From the NCBI GenBank assembly GCA_963788655.1, contig CAWBHS010000051.1, forward strand, positions 1 to 33,811: a stretch of 33,811 nt of DNA, written 5' to 3'. Made by a program: the position numbers and the translations under genes. Positions within the stretch are counted from its first letter, which is position 1. Every line of letters begins with the position of its first letter. The notes under the pieces are model-generated. The model did not search any database. It worked only from the letters and a program-made list of their open reading frames with translations, and had not been told where the DNA came from. Of this stretch, positions 1 through 10,271 are shown in pieces. Source of the stretch: an uncultured Verrucomicrobiae bacterium (GTDB lineage Bacteria; Verrucomicrobiota; Verrucomicrobiia; Limisphaerales; JAFGQR01).

Positions 1-1237
1 CTGCGTTCGAGCAGTTCGAGGCGATTCCACAAGGCGAAGTGCGCCGCGTGCCACCAGTGCATTTCGAGATGGAACTTCCCGTACCAGCTATTCTGAACCA
101 GACCCGTTTCCTGCGGCGGCATCGAACCGGCGCAATTAATGGCCGTCAAGTATTGGGAAAGCACAATCCGGCGCTCCAATTCGTGCCAACGTGGATCAGT
201 GCTGCCGGACAAATCGATGGCCCCACCCGTGGACCAGAACTTCTGCCAATGGCGAGCCGCGGCATCGCGCACAGCGGTAGAGTCCGGCAACCCCTCCGCG
301 GCCGGGCGCGGTGAAAATGCTAACACCACCTCCAGCGTTTCATGGTCCTTCGCCCATATTTCAAAATGATGCGGAGCGGTTTACTTGATGGCGCCGCCGG
401 CCGACCATGCCGCTTGGACGTAATAGCGGTCCGCATCAGACACTCACTCGAACCGGCCCTGATTTCCCTGGATGCGCAGCGTGGTGGTGTGGCGGTTGGG
501 TTTCGTCCGATCGGAAGGATTCCGCCAATTGTCCGAGCCGTAAGGAAAGGCGAGTTGCACCCCCAATCGCTGATTCTGCAACCGGGGAGACTCGATGCAC
601 ACGGCCAGCAGATCGCGTTCGGGATGGCAAACTGTTAACACCCGCACCGCGTGGCCGTCCATGGTAAATCGGCTGTCGAGTAATCCCTGCCACAAATCAA
701 GCGTCTGCCGCGTGGCCGTCAAATCTGGCAGGCTTGCCGGAGAGCCGTCCGGGTGGCGGAGGATGAGTCCGAGGCGACCCAGGTTTAGGCGATGCGGATT
801 GGCGCGCAGCCATTGATTGGCGGCCTTGGCCAATGGGCTTGGGGCGGCTTGATCCGGGTAGGAACCGGGCGGCCGTTGACCGCGTAGGAATTCAGCACGT
901 TCTCCAACTTGAATCCCTGTGGATTGGGCAGGCGGTGCCATCCCCATTGCGACATCGTGGCGAGCAAGATGTCCGCTTGATGAAACTCGGGAAAAGTCTG
1001 AAGCCCCGTGATGTCGGCCGTAAACGCAAACTCACCGTTGCCGACCGTCAACGGGGTGAGCGGATCGGGGTGGGTGAGCGTGACGTTATGGCGCGTCACC
1101 AACGCCCGTCGATCGATGGAAGATGCGGCACCGTGGGTTGGATTCTCGCTGCCGCGGCTTCCCTGAGCAAGCGCATCTTGACCGCAGACGCAACAGCCCA
1201 GCAGCAGGGCGACGGAGGATGTGAATATGTGTTTCAA
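1..1237 (-). pseudogene. Secreted six-hairpin glycosidase (GH65-like), disrupted; runs off the left edge
   Basis: Signal peptide, then IDRRALVTRHNV..LTVGNGEFAFTADITGLQTF..TMSQWGWH (ORF 785-1237). Frameshift near 862 into the frame WLRANPHRLNLGRLG (444-947). In-frame stops TGA 444-446 and TAA 381-383, after which the same frame reads WQKFWSTGGAIDLSGSTDPRWHELERRIVLSQYLTAINCAGSMPPQETGLVQNSWYGKFHLEMHWWHAAHF. Confidence 0.8.
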
Positions 1238-1326
1238 TGCTTCAGATTAACATGACCGCGAGATTTGTTAACTCTGGATCAACTGGTTTCAAGAAGGCCG
1301 GTAATTGTGGTTCTCACGCCTCTCCC

Positions 1327-1485
1327 GCAACCGGCGGCGGAAATTATTTCGAAGAACTGCTGGCGCGCATCCGCGACATCCGATCTTCGGAGAAGGTCTT
1401 CTGGCGCAAGGCGGAGAAGGATTTTGAGGCGGCGGTGAAGCAATTGAAGCCGTTATCGCCAGGCAGCCGGAAGAAAAAGACCAGC
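1327..1485 (+). pseudogene. Remnant of a RhuM-family (virulence/DNA-binding) gene, internally deleted
   Basis: GGGNYFEELLARIRDIRSSEKVFWRK resembles the central RhuM motif and is joined directly to AEKDFEAAVKQLK, which resembles a RhuM C-terminus; no credible N-terminus. Confidence 0.65.
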
Positions 1486-1580
1486 GAACGTCAAGGCGTT
1501 GCTTCCGCTTTCGCGGCTGGGTTTCCAGACCATTCCATTGACCCGCGCCAATTGCTGGCGTAAAACAATGTTCCATAAGC

Positions 1581-3061
1581 ATGAAACAGACATCGCTCTT
1601 CAGCCTTCTCGCAGTGGCGGCGTTTACTGGCCTTGTTTCCGGGGCCGGCGCCGCTGATACCCAACCGCCCACCCCGTACGGCCCGGTGCCCACCGCGCGC
1701 CAACTGCGCTGGCACGAGATGGAGTTTTACGGCTTCCTGCACTTCACAGTGAACACGTTCACAGACAAGGAATGGGGTTACGGTGACGAAGACGAAAAGG
1801 TGTTCAATCCGACGGATTTCGATGCCGACCAAATCGTGCGCACGGCCAAGGAAGCGGGCATGAAAGGGCTCATTCTAACGTGCAAACACCACGACGGCTT
1901 CTGCCTCTGGCCCAGCCAATACACCGAACATTGTGTGAAGAACTCGCCGTGGAAAGACGGCAAAGGCGACGTGGTGAAGGAGATTTCCGAGGCTTGCCGC
2001 CGGGCCGGGCTGAAGTTCGGCGTCTATCTATCGCCCTGGGACCGCAATCACAAAGACTACGGCCGGCCTGCCTACATCACGTATACCGCAATCAACTCCG
2101 CGAACTGCTCACCCATTACGGCGACATCTTCACTGTCTGGCTGGACGGCGCCAACGGTGGCGACGGCTATTATGGAGGCGCTCGCGAAATGCGGCGGATT
2201 GACAACAAGGTCTATTACGACTGGAAAAACACCTGGCAGATTGTGCGCGACCTGATGCCAATGGCGGTCATGTTTAGCGATGTGGGCCCGGACTTTCGTT
2301 GGGTGGGCAACGAACGGGGAATTGCCGGCGAAACCTGCTGGGCGACGATCAGCCCCGGTGACGGGGTGCCAGGTAACACGCGCGCCAACTTGAACCAGGG
2401 CGAGCGGCCAGGGACGAATTGGATTCCGCCGGAGTGCGATGTCTCCATTCGGCCCGGCTGGTTTTACCACGCCAGCCAGGATAACGCTGTGAAAACTCCC
2501 GCCCAGTTGCTCGACATCTACTACAAAAGTGTCGGTCGCGGCGCCTGTTTGAATCTGAACCTGCCCCCGGATCGGCGGGGCCAGATCCACGACAATGACA
2601 TCAAGTCATTGCGCGAGTTCCGCCGGCTGCTGGACGCCACGTTTGCAGCGGACCTGGCCAAGGGAGCCAAGCTCACCGCCAGCAATACGCGCGGCAACGG
2701 GGCCAGACAATTCGCGCCGGAAAACGTGCTCGATGGCAATCGCTACACGTATTGGGCCACCGACGACAACGTGACCACGCCGGAATTAGTCTTGGACCTG
2801 GGCCAGGCCAAAACGTTTAATGTGGTCAGTCTGCGCGAAGCGTTGCCGCTGGGCCAGCGCGTCGAGGCCGTTGCGTTGGATGCCTGGAAGGAGGGCCGCT
2901 GGCAGGAATTCGCCAAAGCTACCAGCATTGGCAATCGCCGGTTGCTCCGTGGCAAGGCAGTCACCACGGACAAAGTCCGACTGCGCATCACCCAGGCGCC
3001 GGTCTGCCCGGCAATTTCGGAAGTTGCCCTTTACGCCGAGCCTGAGGCGAAGTCCAGGTAA
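1581..3061 (+). CDS. Alpha-L-fucosidase (GH29) with C-terminal F5/8 type C (discoidin) domain; one frameshift near 2085
   Basis: Signal peptide; [34 protein letters not shown] in ORF 1581-2255; [41 protein letters not shown] and a C-terminal [13 protein letters not shown] domain in ORF 1880-3061. Adding one T at ACGTATACC joins them as YITYYRNQ. Confidence 0.92.
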
Positions 3062-3084
3062 CTGGCGGATAATCCCGGCCAAAC

Positions 3085-5319
3085 TTATTTCTTTATTTCG
3101 ATCAGAGGCGCGGTGTTGGTGAGGACCAGCGTCGGCGGTTTGTAGGCCGGAGCATTGGTGCCCAGCACGTGCAGGCTTCGAGCTTTGGTTGGCAGGAGTC
3201 GATCCAGCTTGCCCTCGTACCAAAGCGCCCCCAGTGCCACCAGAATGAGCAAGGCCAAAATCCACGGCCAGCGGCGCTTCTTCTCCGGATACGGATCATC
3301 AAAGGAGCGCTGCGATCCCGGCGGCAGCTTGGGAATGTCAGTCAGGACCTTGCCAAAGGGCACGTTGATTTTGGCGCGGCCATTGATGGCCCAACCGTTG
3401 GCATCGAGAATGGGACCCACATTGCGCAGGCGTAACTTCAGATAGGCTAACACCATCGAGGGCACCGAGATCAAGAGAATCAAACCCACGATCGCCAGCG
3501 GCATCCACAATCCCAAATCGACGAATTTGGCCAACAGCAAGGCCACGAAGGTGCCGATGCTGCCCAAGGCCACGCCGATGGCGGCCACGGTGCCCACGTC
3601 CACTTTCTTGGGCGCGGCGGGTGGTGGGGCGGCCTTGGTTTTGTCCGCCTGAGCCACCGACTCCGCGGTCGAGGTCAATTTCGCCGTCGAAGCCGCGTCC
3701 GCGGCGGCGGCCCGCTTGGCGACCATCGCTTCAATGGCCCGCACAAATTTTTTATAGGGCAGCCAGAACGCTTCCCGCAGGCTGATTGGATTGGCGACCG
3801 CTTTGGTAATGGTAGCATCCCAGTCGCGCCCTTTACGGTCGTAAAAGATGCCGTTGCGTCCCACCATTAAGTAATCGCTGTCGCCGTTGGTGAACGCCGC
3901 GACAATGGTCATCTTTTCTCCGCCGGGCCGGGTGCAGTCACAATACGCCAAGTAGGCTTGCGACAAGCCGGCTAACAAGGCGTGTTTAGCCGGATCGGTC
4001 ACATGCACGCACAGCTTGCAACTCCGCCCGTCCAGGTAAAGGGTGCCCGCTTGAAAGATTGCGCCCTTGCGCCCGTAGAAGTCAGCGAAGTTAACGAAGT
4101 TGTCCAGGAGTTTGAGAAAGTCGCGCTGCAAGAGGACGAGCTTTTCGACCGCCAGGATCTGGGCATACTCCGGTTCGAGCGCGGCATCCTGCTGAAGGAG
4201 TGCCGCCAGGTTTTGTTTGGCTTGACTGGCCAGCAATTCCCGCACGCGGGTCAGTCCCAGTTTTTCCACGCTGCCGGCAGGTTTGCCGGCCATCCAGGCT
4301 TCATAGGGCGCCAATTTGGATTGCACCGCCGCCCAATCATTTTCCGTCAGGCTGGTTTGGCCATCGCCGAGCAGGGGCTTTAACGCTTTGCTCACCAGCG
4401 CGGAAACCGCGTTCGCCCAAGCGGGATTAAGGCCCTCGTCCAGGGGCAACGGGCGCTTTGGTTCGACGCGGGCCAGCGGAAAACCGGCCAGTTCCTGCGC
4501 CGAAATCGTCATGTCTTGCGCTGCCACGGCCAGGTATTCGGCCTCTTGACGGTTCACCGCCGCCAGGGCGCGCTCATCAAAGGCCGCCAGGCGACTGCGG
4601 GCAAAATAATCGTCCACCTTGGCCTTCACCGTTTTGACGGCGGCGGCCGCGGCCGCGGTGGCTTCAGGTCCCAGCGGGAAGATGGTCGAGTCGGTTTCTG
4701 CGTGGGCCTGCCAGTCGGCATAGGCTTTGGCTTCGGCAAAGAATTGATCGAGACCGGCCAGGTTGATGCCGGGTTTGCCACTGCGGTCAGCCACGCTGCC
4801 CAGGGCCGTAATGATGTCAACGATGGCCTGTTGGTCGGCGGCTTCACTGGCGGCATCAGCGGGTATGATGCCGTCACCATTCAACGTCGTGTTCGCAAAG
4901 ATGGTTTTGGTGTCCGCGACATCGGCCAAGCTGATGGCCGGCGCTTCACTTTTCCCGAGGCCATGGAGAATGCGCCGGGCTCCCGCCAGCAACGCGACTC
5001 CGGCCGGCGTCTGCTCATTGATTCCCGCCAGCGGCACGGAATCTCCGCGCTTCAGGACATCATCCGGATTTTTGTAAACGTCGCTGATCCAGCGGACCGC
5101 TCCGAGAATTTCCGGGGCGCGAATTCGTCCATCCTTGTCGGTGTCCAGGTGGTCGAGGGTTTTGGGATCGAACTCGATGCCGCGCGTGGGCATGGCCAAA
5201 GCCACCCACAGTTTTTGATCCAGTTGATCCAAATGCAGGATATCCCGGCCATTGGTGAAGGCGACTTGTTCCACGCCGCCGGAGCGAAAGAACCTCCAAG
5301 TGTGTTGGGTGGTGTCCAT
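3085..5319 (-). CDS. Large hypothetical membrane-anchored protein (~744 aa) with N-terminal EF-hand-like loop and C-terminal TM helices
   Basis: Long ORF, likely start MDTTQHTWRF; DTDKDGRIRAPE EF-hand-like loop; hydrophobic segments VAAIGVALGSIGTFVALLL, LWMPLAIVGLILLISVPSMVLAYL, WPWILALLILVALGALWY. Confidence 0.85.
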   Translation of the reverse strand: MDTTQHTWRFFRSGGVEQVAFTNGRDILHLDQLDQKLWVALAMPTRGIEFDPKTLDHLDTDKDGRIRAPEILGAVRWISDVYKNPDDVLKRGDSVPLAGINEQTPAGVALLAGARRILHGLGKSEAPAISLADVADTKTIFANTTLNGDGIIPADAASEAADQQAIVDIITALGSVADRSGKPGINLAGLDQFFAEAKAYADWQAHAETDSTIFPLGPEATAAAAAAVKTVKAKVDDYFARSRLAAFDERALAAVNRQEAEYLAVAAQDMTISAQELAGFPLARVEPKRPLPLDEGLNPAWANAVSALVSKALKPLLGDGQTSLTENDWAAVQSKLAPYEAWMAGKPAGSVEKLGLTRVRELLASQAKQNLAALLQQDAALEPEYAQILAVEKLVLLQRDFLKLLDNFVNFADFYGRKGAIFQAGTLYLDGRSCKLCVHVTDPAKHALLAGLSQAYLAYCDCTRPGGEKMTIVAAFTNGDSDYLMVGRNGIFYDRKGRDWDATITKAVANPISLREAFWLPYKKFVRAIEAMVAKRAAAADAASTAKLTSTAESVAQADKTKAAPPPAAPKKVDVGTVAAIGVALGSIGTFVALLLAKFVDLGLWMPLAIVGLILLISVPSMVLAYLKLRLRNVGPILDANGWAINGRAKINVPFGKVLTDIPKLPPGSQRSFDDPYPEKKRRWPWILALLILVALGALWYEGKLDRLLPTKARSLHVLGTNAPAYKPPTLVLTNTAPLIEIKK

Positions 5320-5469
5320 AATTTCTATTGGTTGTTTTGAACTTCTTTTTTGTTGGGCGGGACTATTAGCAACCGTTGCCAAAATGTCAAAGGGGAGATT
5401 TCCGCATTCTCCATGCTGTCCGGATTGCCGGCTGGACGCTCGGGAGCGCCTCAGGCACCATTCCGGCTT

Positions 5470-6621
5470 ATGAAATCAGTTTCTTCCGCCTTGGGCCGGT
5501 GTGGGCCGGTAATCCTGCTGCTTCAATTTGGCTGGCTGGCCTTCGGCGCTGGCGTCGAAGAGGGCTTGCGTCCGCTATTCGACGGCAAATCACTGGCCGG
5601 CTGGGTGAACGTGAATTGCGCCCCGGAAACCTGGACGGTACGTGACGGCCTGCTGCACTGCGATGGGGTGCCCACGGGCGCGTTGCGCACTGAGCAGCCT
5701 TACGAGAATTTCATCCTGGAACTGGAATGGCGCCACCTGAAGCCCGGCGGTAATGCCGGGGTCTTTATCTGGGCCAGCCCGCTGCCCGCCCAAGGCCAGC
5801 CGTTTCTTCGGGCCATCGAAGTGCAGGTGCTCGATCACGCTTACGGCACCTCGGACTGGTTCACCACCCACGGCGATGTTTTTGCCATCCACGGTTCGAC
5901 GATGAAACCATTTCCTCCCAGCCGCGGCATGCGAAGTTTCCCCACCGAGCATCGGAGCAAAGGCTCGCCGGAATGGAATCATTATCGCGTCGTTTGCACC
6001 AATGGGGTCATCCGGTTGTCGGTGAACGGCAAGGAAGTGTCCGGTGGCAGCGACTGCGTTTGGCGCCGGGGCTACCTCGGACTCGAAAGCGAAGGAGGCA
6101 TCGTGGACTGGCGCAATATCCGCCTTCAGGAACTGCCGCCTTCCGGTGCGTCTTCGGAGCAGTCGGCCCCGGCTGCGGAAGCCTGGCGTTCGCTGTATGA
6201 CGGGCGCAGCCTGCGCGGTTGGCAGGCGTCGGCGGCCGAGGCGGACGGATGGAAAGTCGCCGATTGGACGCTGCGCTGGGAGGCGCCGCGGGAAACCCAC
6301 TCCGTGCTTTGGGCCGGGGAAACGTGGGGGGATTTTGAACTGCAAGCCGACTGGAATTGGGCCGGCGAAGTGCAGTCGAAAATCCCGCCGTTCGTGTTGC
6401 GGACGGTCGAAGACTCGCCGCGTGATACGGAATTGCCCGCCTCTGACCTGGCCTTGGTCAAAGGATGGAACCGCCTTCGATTGACGCGCCGTGGCACCGC
6501 CTTGAAGATAAGCATCAACGGCCAGTCAGCCGATCCCATGCGAGTGTTCAACGGCAAGTTGAGATTGGGACTGAAGGGCGCCGGTGGGCCCACGCGTTTT
6601 GCCAATTTGTTTGTGCAATAA
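5470..6621 (+). CDS. DUF1080 (3-keto-disaccharide hydrolase-like) protein with two tandem domains
   Basis: Signal peptide; LFDGKSLAGW..YENFILELEW..GNAGVF..EVQVLD..WNHYRV..GYLGLESEG..WRNIRL, then a second degenerate copy LYDGRSLRGW..WGDFELQADW..GWNRLRL..FANLFV. Confidence 0.88.
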   Translation: MKSVSSALGRCGPVILLLQFGWLAFGAGVEEGLRPLFDGKSLAGWVNVNCAPETWTVRDGLLHCDGVPTGALRTEQPYENFILELEWRHLKPGGNAGVFIWASPLPAQGQPFLRAIEVQVLDHAYGTSDWFTTHGDVFAIHGSTMKPFPPSRGMRSFPTEHRSKGSPEWNHYRVVCTNGVIRLSVNGKEVSGGSDCVWRRGYLGLESEGGIVDWRNIRLQELPPSGASSEQSAPAAEAWRSLYDGRSLRGWQASAAEADGWKVADWTLRWEAPRETHSVLWAGETWGDFELQADWNWAGEVQSKIPPFVLRTVEDSPRDTELPASDLALVKGWNRLRLTRRGTALKISINGQSADPMRVFNGKLRLGLKGAGGPTRFANLFVQ

Positions 6622-7424
6622 GACACGGGGCTCGATTTCCCGGGAGCACAACCGGAAACCAGACGGGCGGAGGATTGACTGTGAAGTGGCGGTGTTTGTT
6701 CGGTTCGATGAAGGCGAGACAGTGCGCCGAAGCGCGTTGAATTTGTTGTGCCGGCAGGGATAATGCCTCTCCATTCGCGCACCGTCGAGCCACCGACCAG
6801 TCGAGGGTACGTCATCACTTTTTTGATGCAAAGGCTGGCAGGGAGGGGCAAATTGCCTGCGAGGTTCGATATGTCAGAGGCAAAGAAACCTTTACCGCTT
6901 CGTCTTCCGGTTTCCCTCCGGGGGCATTTCGATGTGCCTGCGGACGGGGAAGCTACAGGTCTGGTCGCAAACGACCGGAGTTGCCATTACTGTCGGCAAA
7001 ATGCCCACCGTGCGCCAAGGCGCTTGGGTGACACTTTGGGCAAATGGACGATGACGACGCGAATTCTTCAGAACAGTCAGAATCGCGCGATTCTTGCTCA
7101 TTCTCTTACTCCACCGGCGCCGGTTGCCCCTGGCCGCACCAGCAACGCGACATTCAGTCAAAGCACGCCTGGAGGATTCAACACTACCAAGAATTTTCTC
7201 CGAACTTTCCCGCTTAGTCCCCCATGACCTGGATCGCCCCATCCGAAAAGGACACCGCTAACGCCGCCCTGGAAAAACGCCTCTGGGCCGCCGCCGAGCA
7301 GACAGTGCCTGCACCCCACTTTGCCGAAGCGGATCGCAATCATGCCCGTCCGGAAGGACTCCTCGGCCTCATCTTGCTGCGCTTTGCCGAAGTCCGCTTC
7401 GCCGCGAGGCACGCACAATTAGAA

Positions 7425-7517
7425 TCTCCCTCGCCCCTCGGAGGGGAGAGGGCCGGGGTGAGGGGTGATTCAGGCCACCGTCGCCCATCGGATGGGAGAG
7501 GGACTTGGGGTGAGGGC
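7425..7517. repeat. Two tandem palindromic REP-like elements (CCCTCGCCCC..GGGGAGAGGG..GGGGTGAGGG family) inside hsdM
   Basis: tctccctcgcccctcggaggggagagggccggggtgagggg (7425-7465) and ccgtcgcccatcggatgggagagggacttggggtgagggc (~7478-7517); each contains a hairpin. Confidence 0.75.
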
Positions 7518-7681
7518 GCGGCACACGTGTCACGCCGCGGCAGCCGCGTGGATGAACCCGCCGCCTATCACGCCGAGGGCATTCTCTACCTGGCCGCCGA
7601 GGCGCGGTTCGATTACCTGCTCAACCGTCCCGAAGCCGAGAACATCGGCGCGAAGGTCAATGTCGCCATGCGCGACGTAGC

Positions 7682-7853
7682 GAAGTTCGAAGTTCGAGTT
7701 GCGAAGTCCGAACTTCCATCAGTTCGACACTCGTCATTTGACATTCGCACTTCGCGTCAAAGAAAACCGCACGAGGCAACCATGATTGACTTGTTCGCCA
7801 TTCGCCCTTCGGACTTCGCCACGTTCGACAGTCGAACTTCTTCATTCGGCATT
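7682..7853. repeat. Degenerate heptamer arrays in opposing orientation (GAAGTTC-type then TTCGNCA-type)
   Basis: gaagttc gaagttc gagttgc gaagtcc gaacttc, then tcgtcat ttgacat tcgcact, and ttcgcca ttcgccc ttcggac ttcgcca..ttcttca ttcggca. Confidence 0.75.
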
Positions 7854-7950
7854 CCCCAGCCCCGCACGACGCCACGAGCCGCTTGGACTTCGTCCTCGCC
7901 AACCCGCCGTTCGATGTCAACGCCGTGGACAACTTCTTAGGCGACCGTAA

Positions 7951-8650
7951 TCAACTTATTTGTTCAGGAACCTCGTCTGCTTCTTCGACTGAAGCTTGTC
8001 CAAGTTCAGCAACTGCTGTCTTTGTCTTGAGATCAAAAAGTATTCGCAGCGAATCGCCGGGCTCACCACCACGCCGGCTGAAAAGTGGGCCAAGCCCCCA
8101 TGCTTGGGATTCTTTTACGACCAACCTGCCTATGGACACGCCATCAGCCACGCGAAGTTCGTGCGCGCCTGCAAGGTATTGCTTCATTCCTGATGGCACG
8201 CTGACGATTCCGTTCGCCAGTGTTCCCGCCGATAGCTTATAGGTCAGGAAAAGCTTCCCATCTTCCAACCAGCCATAGTCCGCAAGGACTCGCCTTGCTC
8301 TCGGACGCTCCATAAAAATGGAATCAGCCGATCCCGGAGGAACTTCCGTCCCTCGAAGTCCGTAAACGCACTTGGCAAATCTCGCGATAATTGGCGAATA
8401 GGTGAGATACTGCATGTATGTCGCGCGGTTCATCCCCCTCCTCAAGCACTCCTTTTCGAGTTTGTGCGACTCCACGAGTGGACCAACACCCCTAAAAACA
8501 GCAACGAATGTCTTTTCCGTCTCTGCAAGAATCGCCGAAAAATCCAAAGGTGGGTTTGCACGAATTATATTTCCAACCACTTCGTATGCTCCCGCTTGTT
8601 GACATAAAGCCAGCAGGACGCGTTGCGGAGGCGCAAACCCTTCGCGGCGG
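7951..8650 (-). pseudogene. 3' part of a hypothetical gene, 5'-truncated at the IS21 junction
   Basis: Protein-like frame GFAPPQRVLLALCQQ..SPIIARFAKCVYGLRG..DYGWLEDGKLFLTY ending at a stop at 7951; visibly more AT-rich than its neighbours; upstream of ~8650 the DNA is istA on the opposite strand. Confidence 0.65.
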
Positions 8651-9778
8651 TGGGAAGCGGGGCGGGCGCTGCAATTGGACTGGACGCACGCCCAGGAGTT
8701 GGCCGTCACGATCGGCGGACAGCCTTACGAGCATTTGCTCTGTCACTGCGTGTTGCCGCATTCCAACTGGGAGTGGGCCACGCGGTGCCTGTCCGAGTCG
8801 TTGTTGTCGTGCCGGCAGGGTTTGCAGGCTGCGCTGCATCGGTTGGGCAAGGTGCCCGGGGAGTTGCGAGTGGACCACAGCAGCGCGGCCACACACTGGG
8901 TGGGCGGTGAGGGAACGGGTCGCGAGTTCAACGCGCAGTTCGTCTCCCTGTGCGAGCATTACGGGTTGCTGCCACGGACGATTGGCATCGCGTGTCCGAA
9001 TGAAAACGGGGACGTGGAATCCAGCAACGGACATTTGAAGCGGCGACTGCGCCAGCATTTGCTGTTGCGGGGCAGTCGGGACTTCGAATCCGCAGCCGGC
9101 TATGAACGGTTTTTGGAAGAGGTCCTGGAGCGTGGCAATCAAGGCCGGCGGGAAAAGCTGGCCGCGGAGTTGGCCGTGATGAAGCCGTTGCCGCCAACGC
9201 GTCTGAGCGAATATGACGAGGTGAGTTGCACGGTCGGTTCGGCCAGTACAATCCGGGTCAAGAAAGTGGGCTACTCGGTGCCGGCGCGACTGATTGGCCA
9301 GGAACTCAAAGTGGAAGTCTACGAGCGCGAGCTCAAGCTTTACAGCGGGCGGGAGCTGTTACTGAGCTTGCCGCGGCACTGCGGGGATCGGGGCGTCGTG
9401 CTGGATTATCGTCACGTGATTGATCACCTGTTGCGCAAGCCTGGGGCGTTTGAGCGGTATCGGTATCGGGAGCAGTTGTTTCCAGGGCGGCTCTTTCGTG
9501 AGGCTTACGATCACCTGGTCGCCAAGCAGGGGCAGCGTCGCGGGGCGGTGGAGTATCTGCGGCTGCTTAAACTGGCCAGTGAGGTGGGCGAGCGCAACGT
9601 CGAAGTGATGCTGGCCGATTTCCTGAGCCCGCCCTTTCCCTCCTGGAGTGTGGAGGAATTGCGCCGTATTTTGCAGCCCGACCCACGGCCGCACATCGCG
9701 CTGGCCGAGTTGCAGCCAGAGTGGAATTCGTATGACGCGCGGTTGAGCCCGGAACCGGAGGTGACGTATGCCGGCTGA
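8645..9778 (+). pseudogene. istA: IS21-family transposase IstA, N-terminus and left end missing
   Basis: GRALQLDWT..LRVDHSSAAT..PNENGDVESSNGHLK (DDE core), YSVPARLIG, DYRHVIDHLLRKPGAFERYRYREQLFP; no HTH or start codon upstream. Confidence 0.9.
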
Positions 9779-10271
9779 GGGACTCTCGGTGCTGTTGCGC
9801 TCATTCCGCTTACCCACCCTGGCGGCGATTTGGGAGGAGCGGGTCGCGCGAGCGGAGCGCGAGAACTGGGGCTACAAACGCTTGCTCCAGCATTTGTGTG
9901 AGAGCGCGGAACAGGATCGGCGCGAACGCAAGGTGCAGCGACTGCTCAAGGAATCCGGGCTGCCCGAGGGCAAGACGCTGGGCAACCTCGATGAAAAGCT
10001 TTTGCCGGCCAAACTTCGCCGGCTGATGCCCACGCTGCTGGAAGGCGACTTTGTTGAGCGAGCGGAGAACGTTTTAGCGTTCGGTCTTCCGGGCCGGGGC
10101 AAGACGCATTTTCTGGCCGTCGTGGGGCGCGCGTTGATCTTGCGCCACCGTTACCCGGTGCTCTTTACGCCGACGTTCAAACTGGTGCAGCAGTTGTTGG
10201 CCGCCAAGAAAGAGTTGCGTTTGGAACGCGAACTCAAACGGCTGGACCGATTTGCCGCGGTGATATTGGAT
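9768..10271 (+). pseudogene. istB: IS21 helper ATPase IstB, 5' part, interrupted by the RIT element
   Basis: Overlaps the istA 3' end; LRSFRLP, Walker A GLPGRGKTH; Walker B VILD is broken at 10271 and resumes as LDDLGY at 13848-13865. Confidence 0.92.

Larger units (their letters stand above)
7224..7933 (+). pseudogene. hsdM: Type I restriction-modification methyltransferase (HsdM) remnant
   Basis: HsdM N-terminal region (LEKRLWAAA..LGLILLRFAEVRF..SRRGSRVDEPAAYHAEGILYL..ARFDYLLN..IGAKVNVAMRD), then a repeat tract, then PHDATSRLDFVLANPPFDVNAVD (motif IV NPPF, ~7862-7933) in another frame; SAM-binding motif I and the C-terminus are missing. Confidence 0.85.

Noticed and set aside
381..446. Stop-codon readthrough or alternative genetic code in the glycosidase
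   Set aside because: Two different stops (TGA, TAA) plus a frameshift; both codons terminate other genes in the window normally.
6748..7242. ORFs 6748-7227 (+) and 6892-7242 (-) as genes
   Set aside because: No recognisable motifs or protein-like composition; treated as chance ORFs.
7224..7940. Functional type I R-M system
   Set aside because: Motif I and the C-terminus of HsdM are absent, NPPF is out of frame, and no hsdS or hsdR is present.
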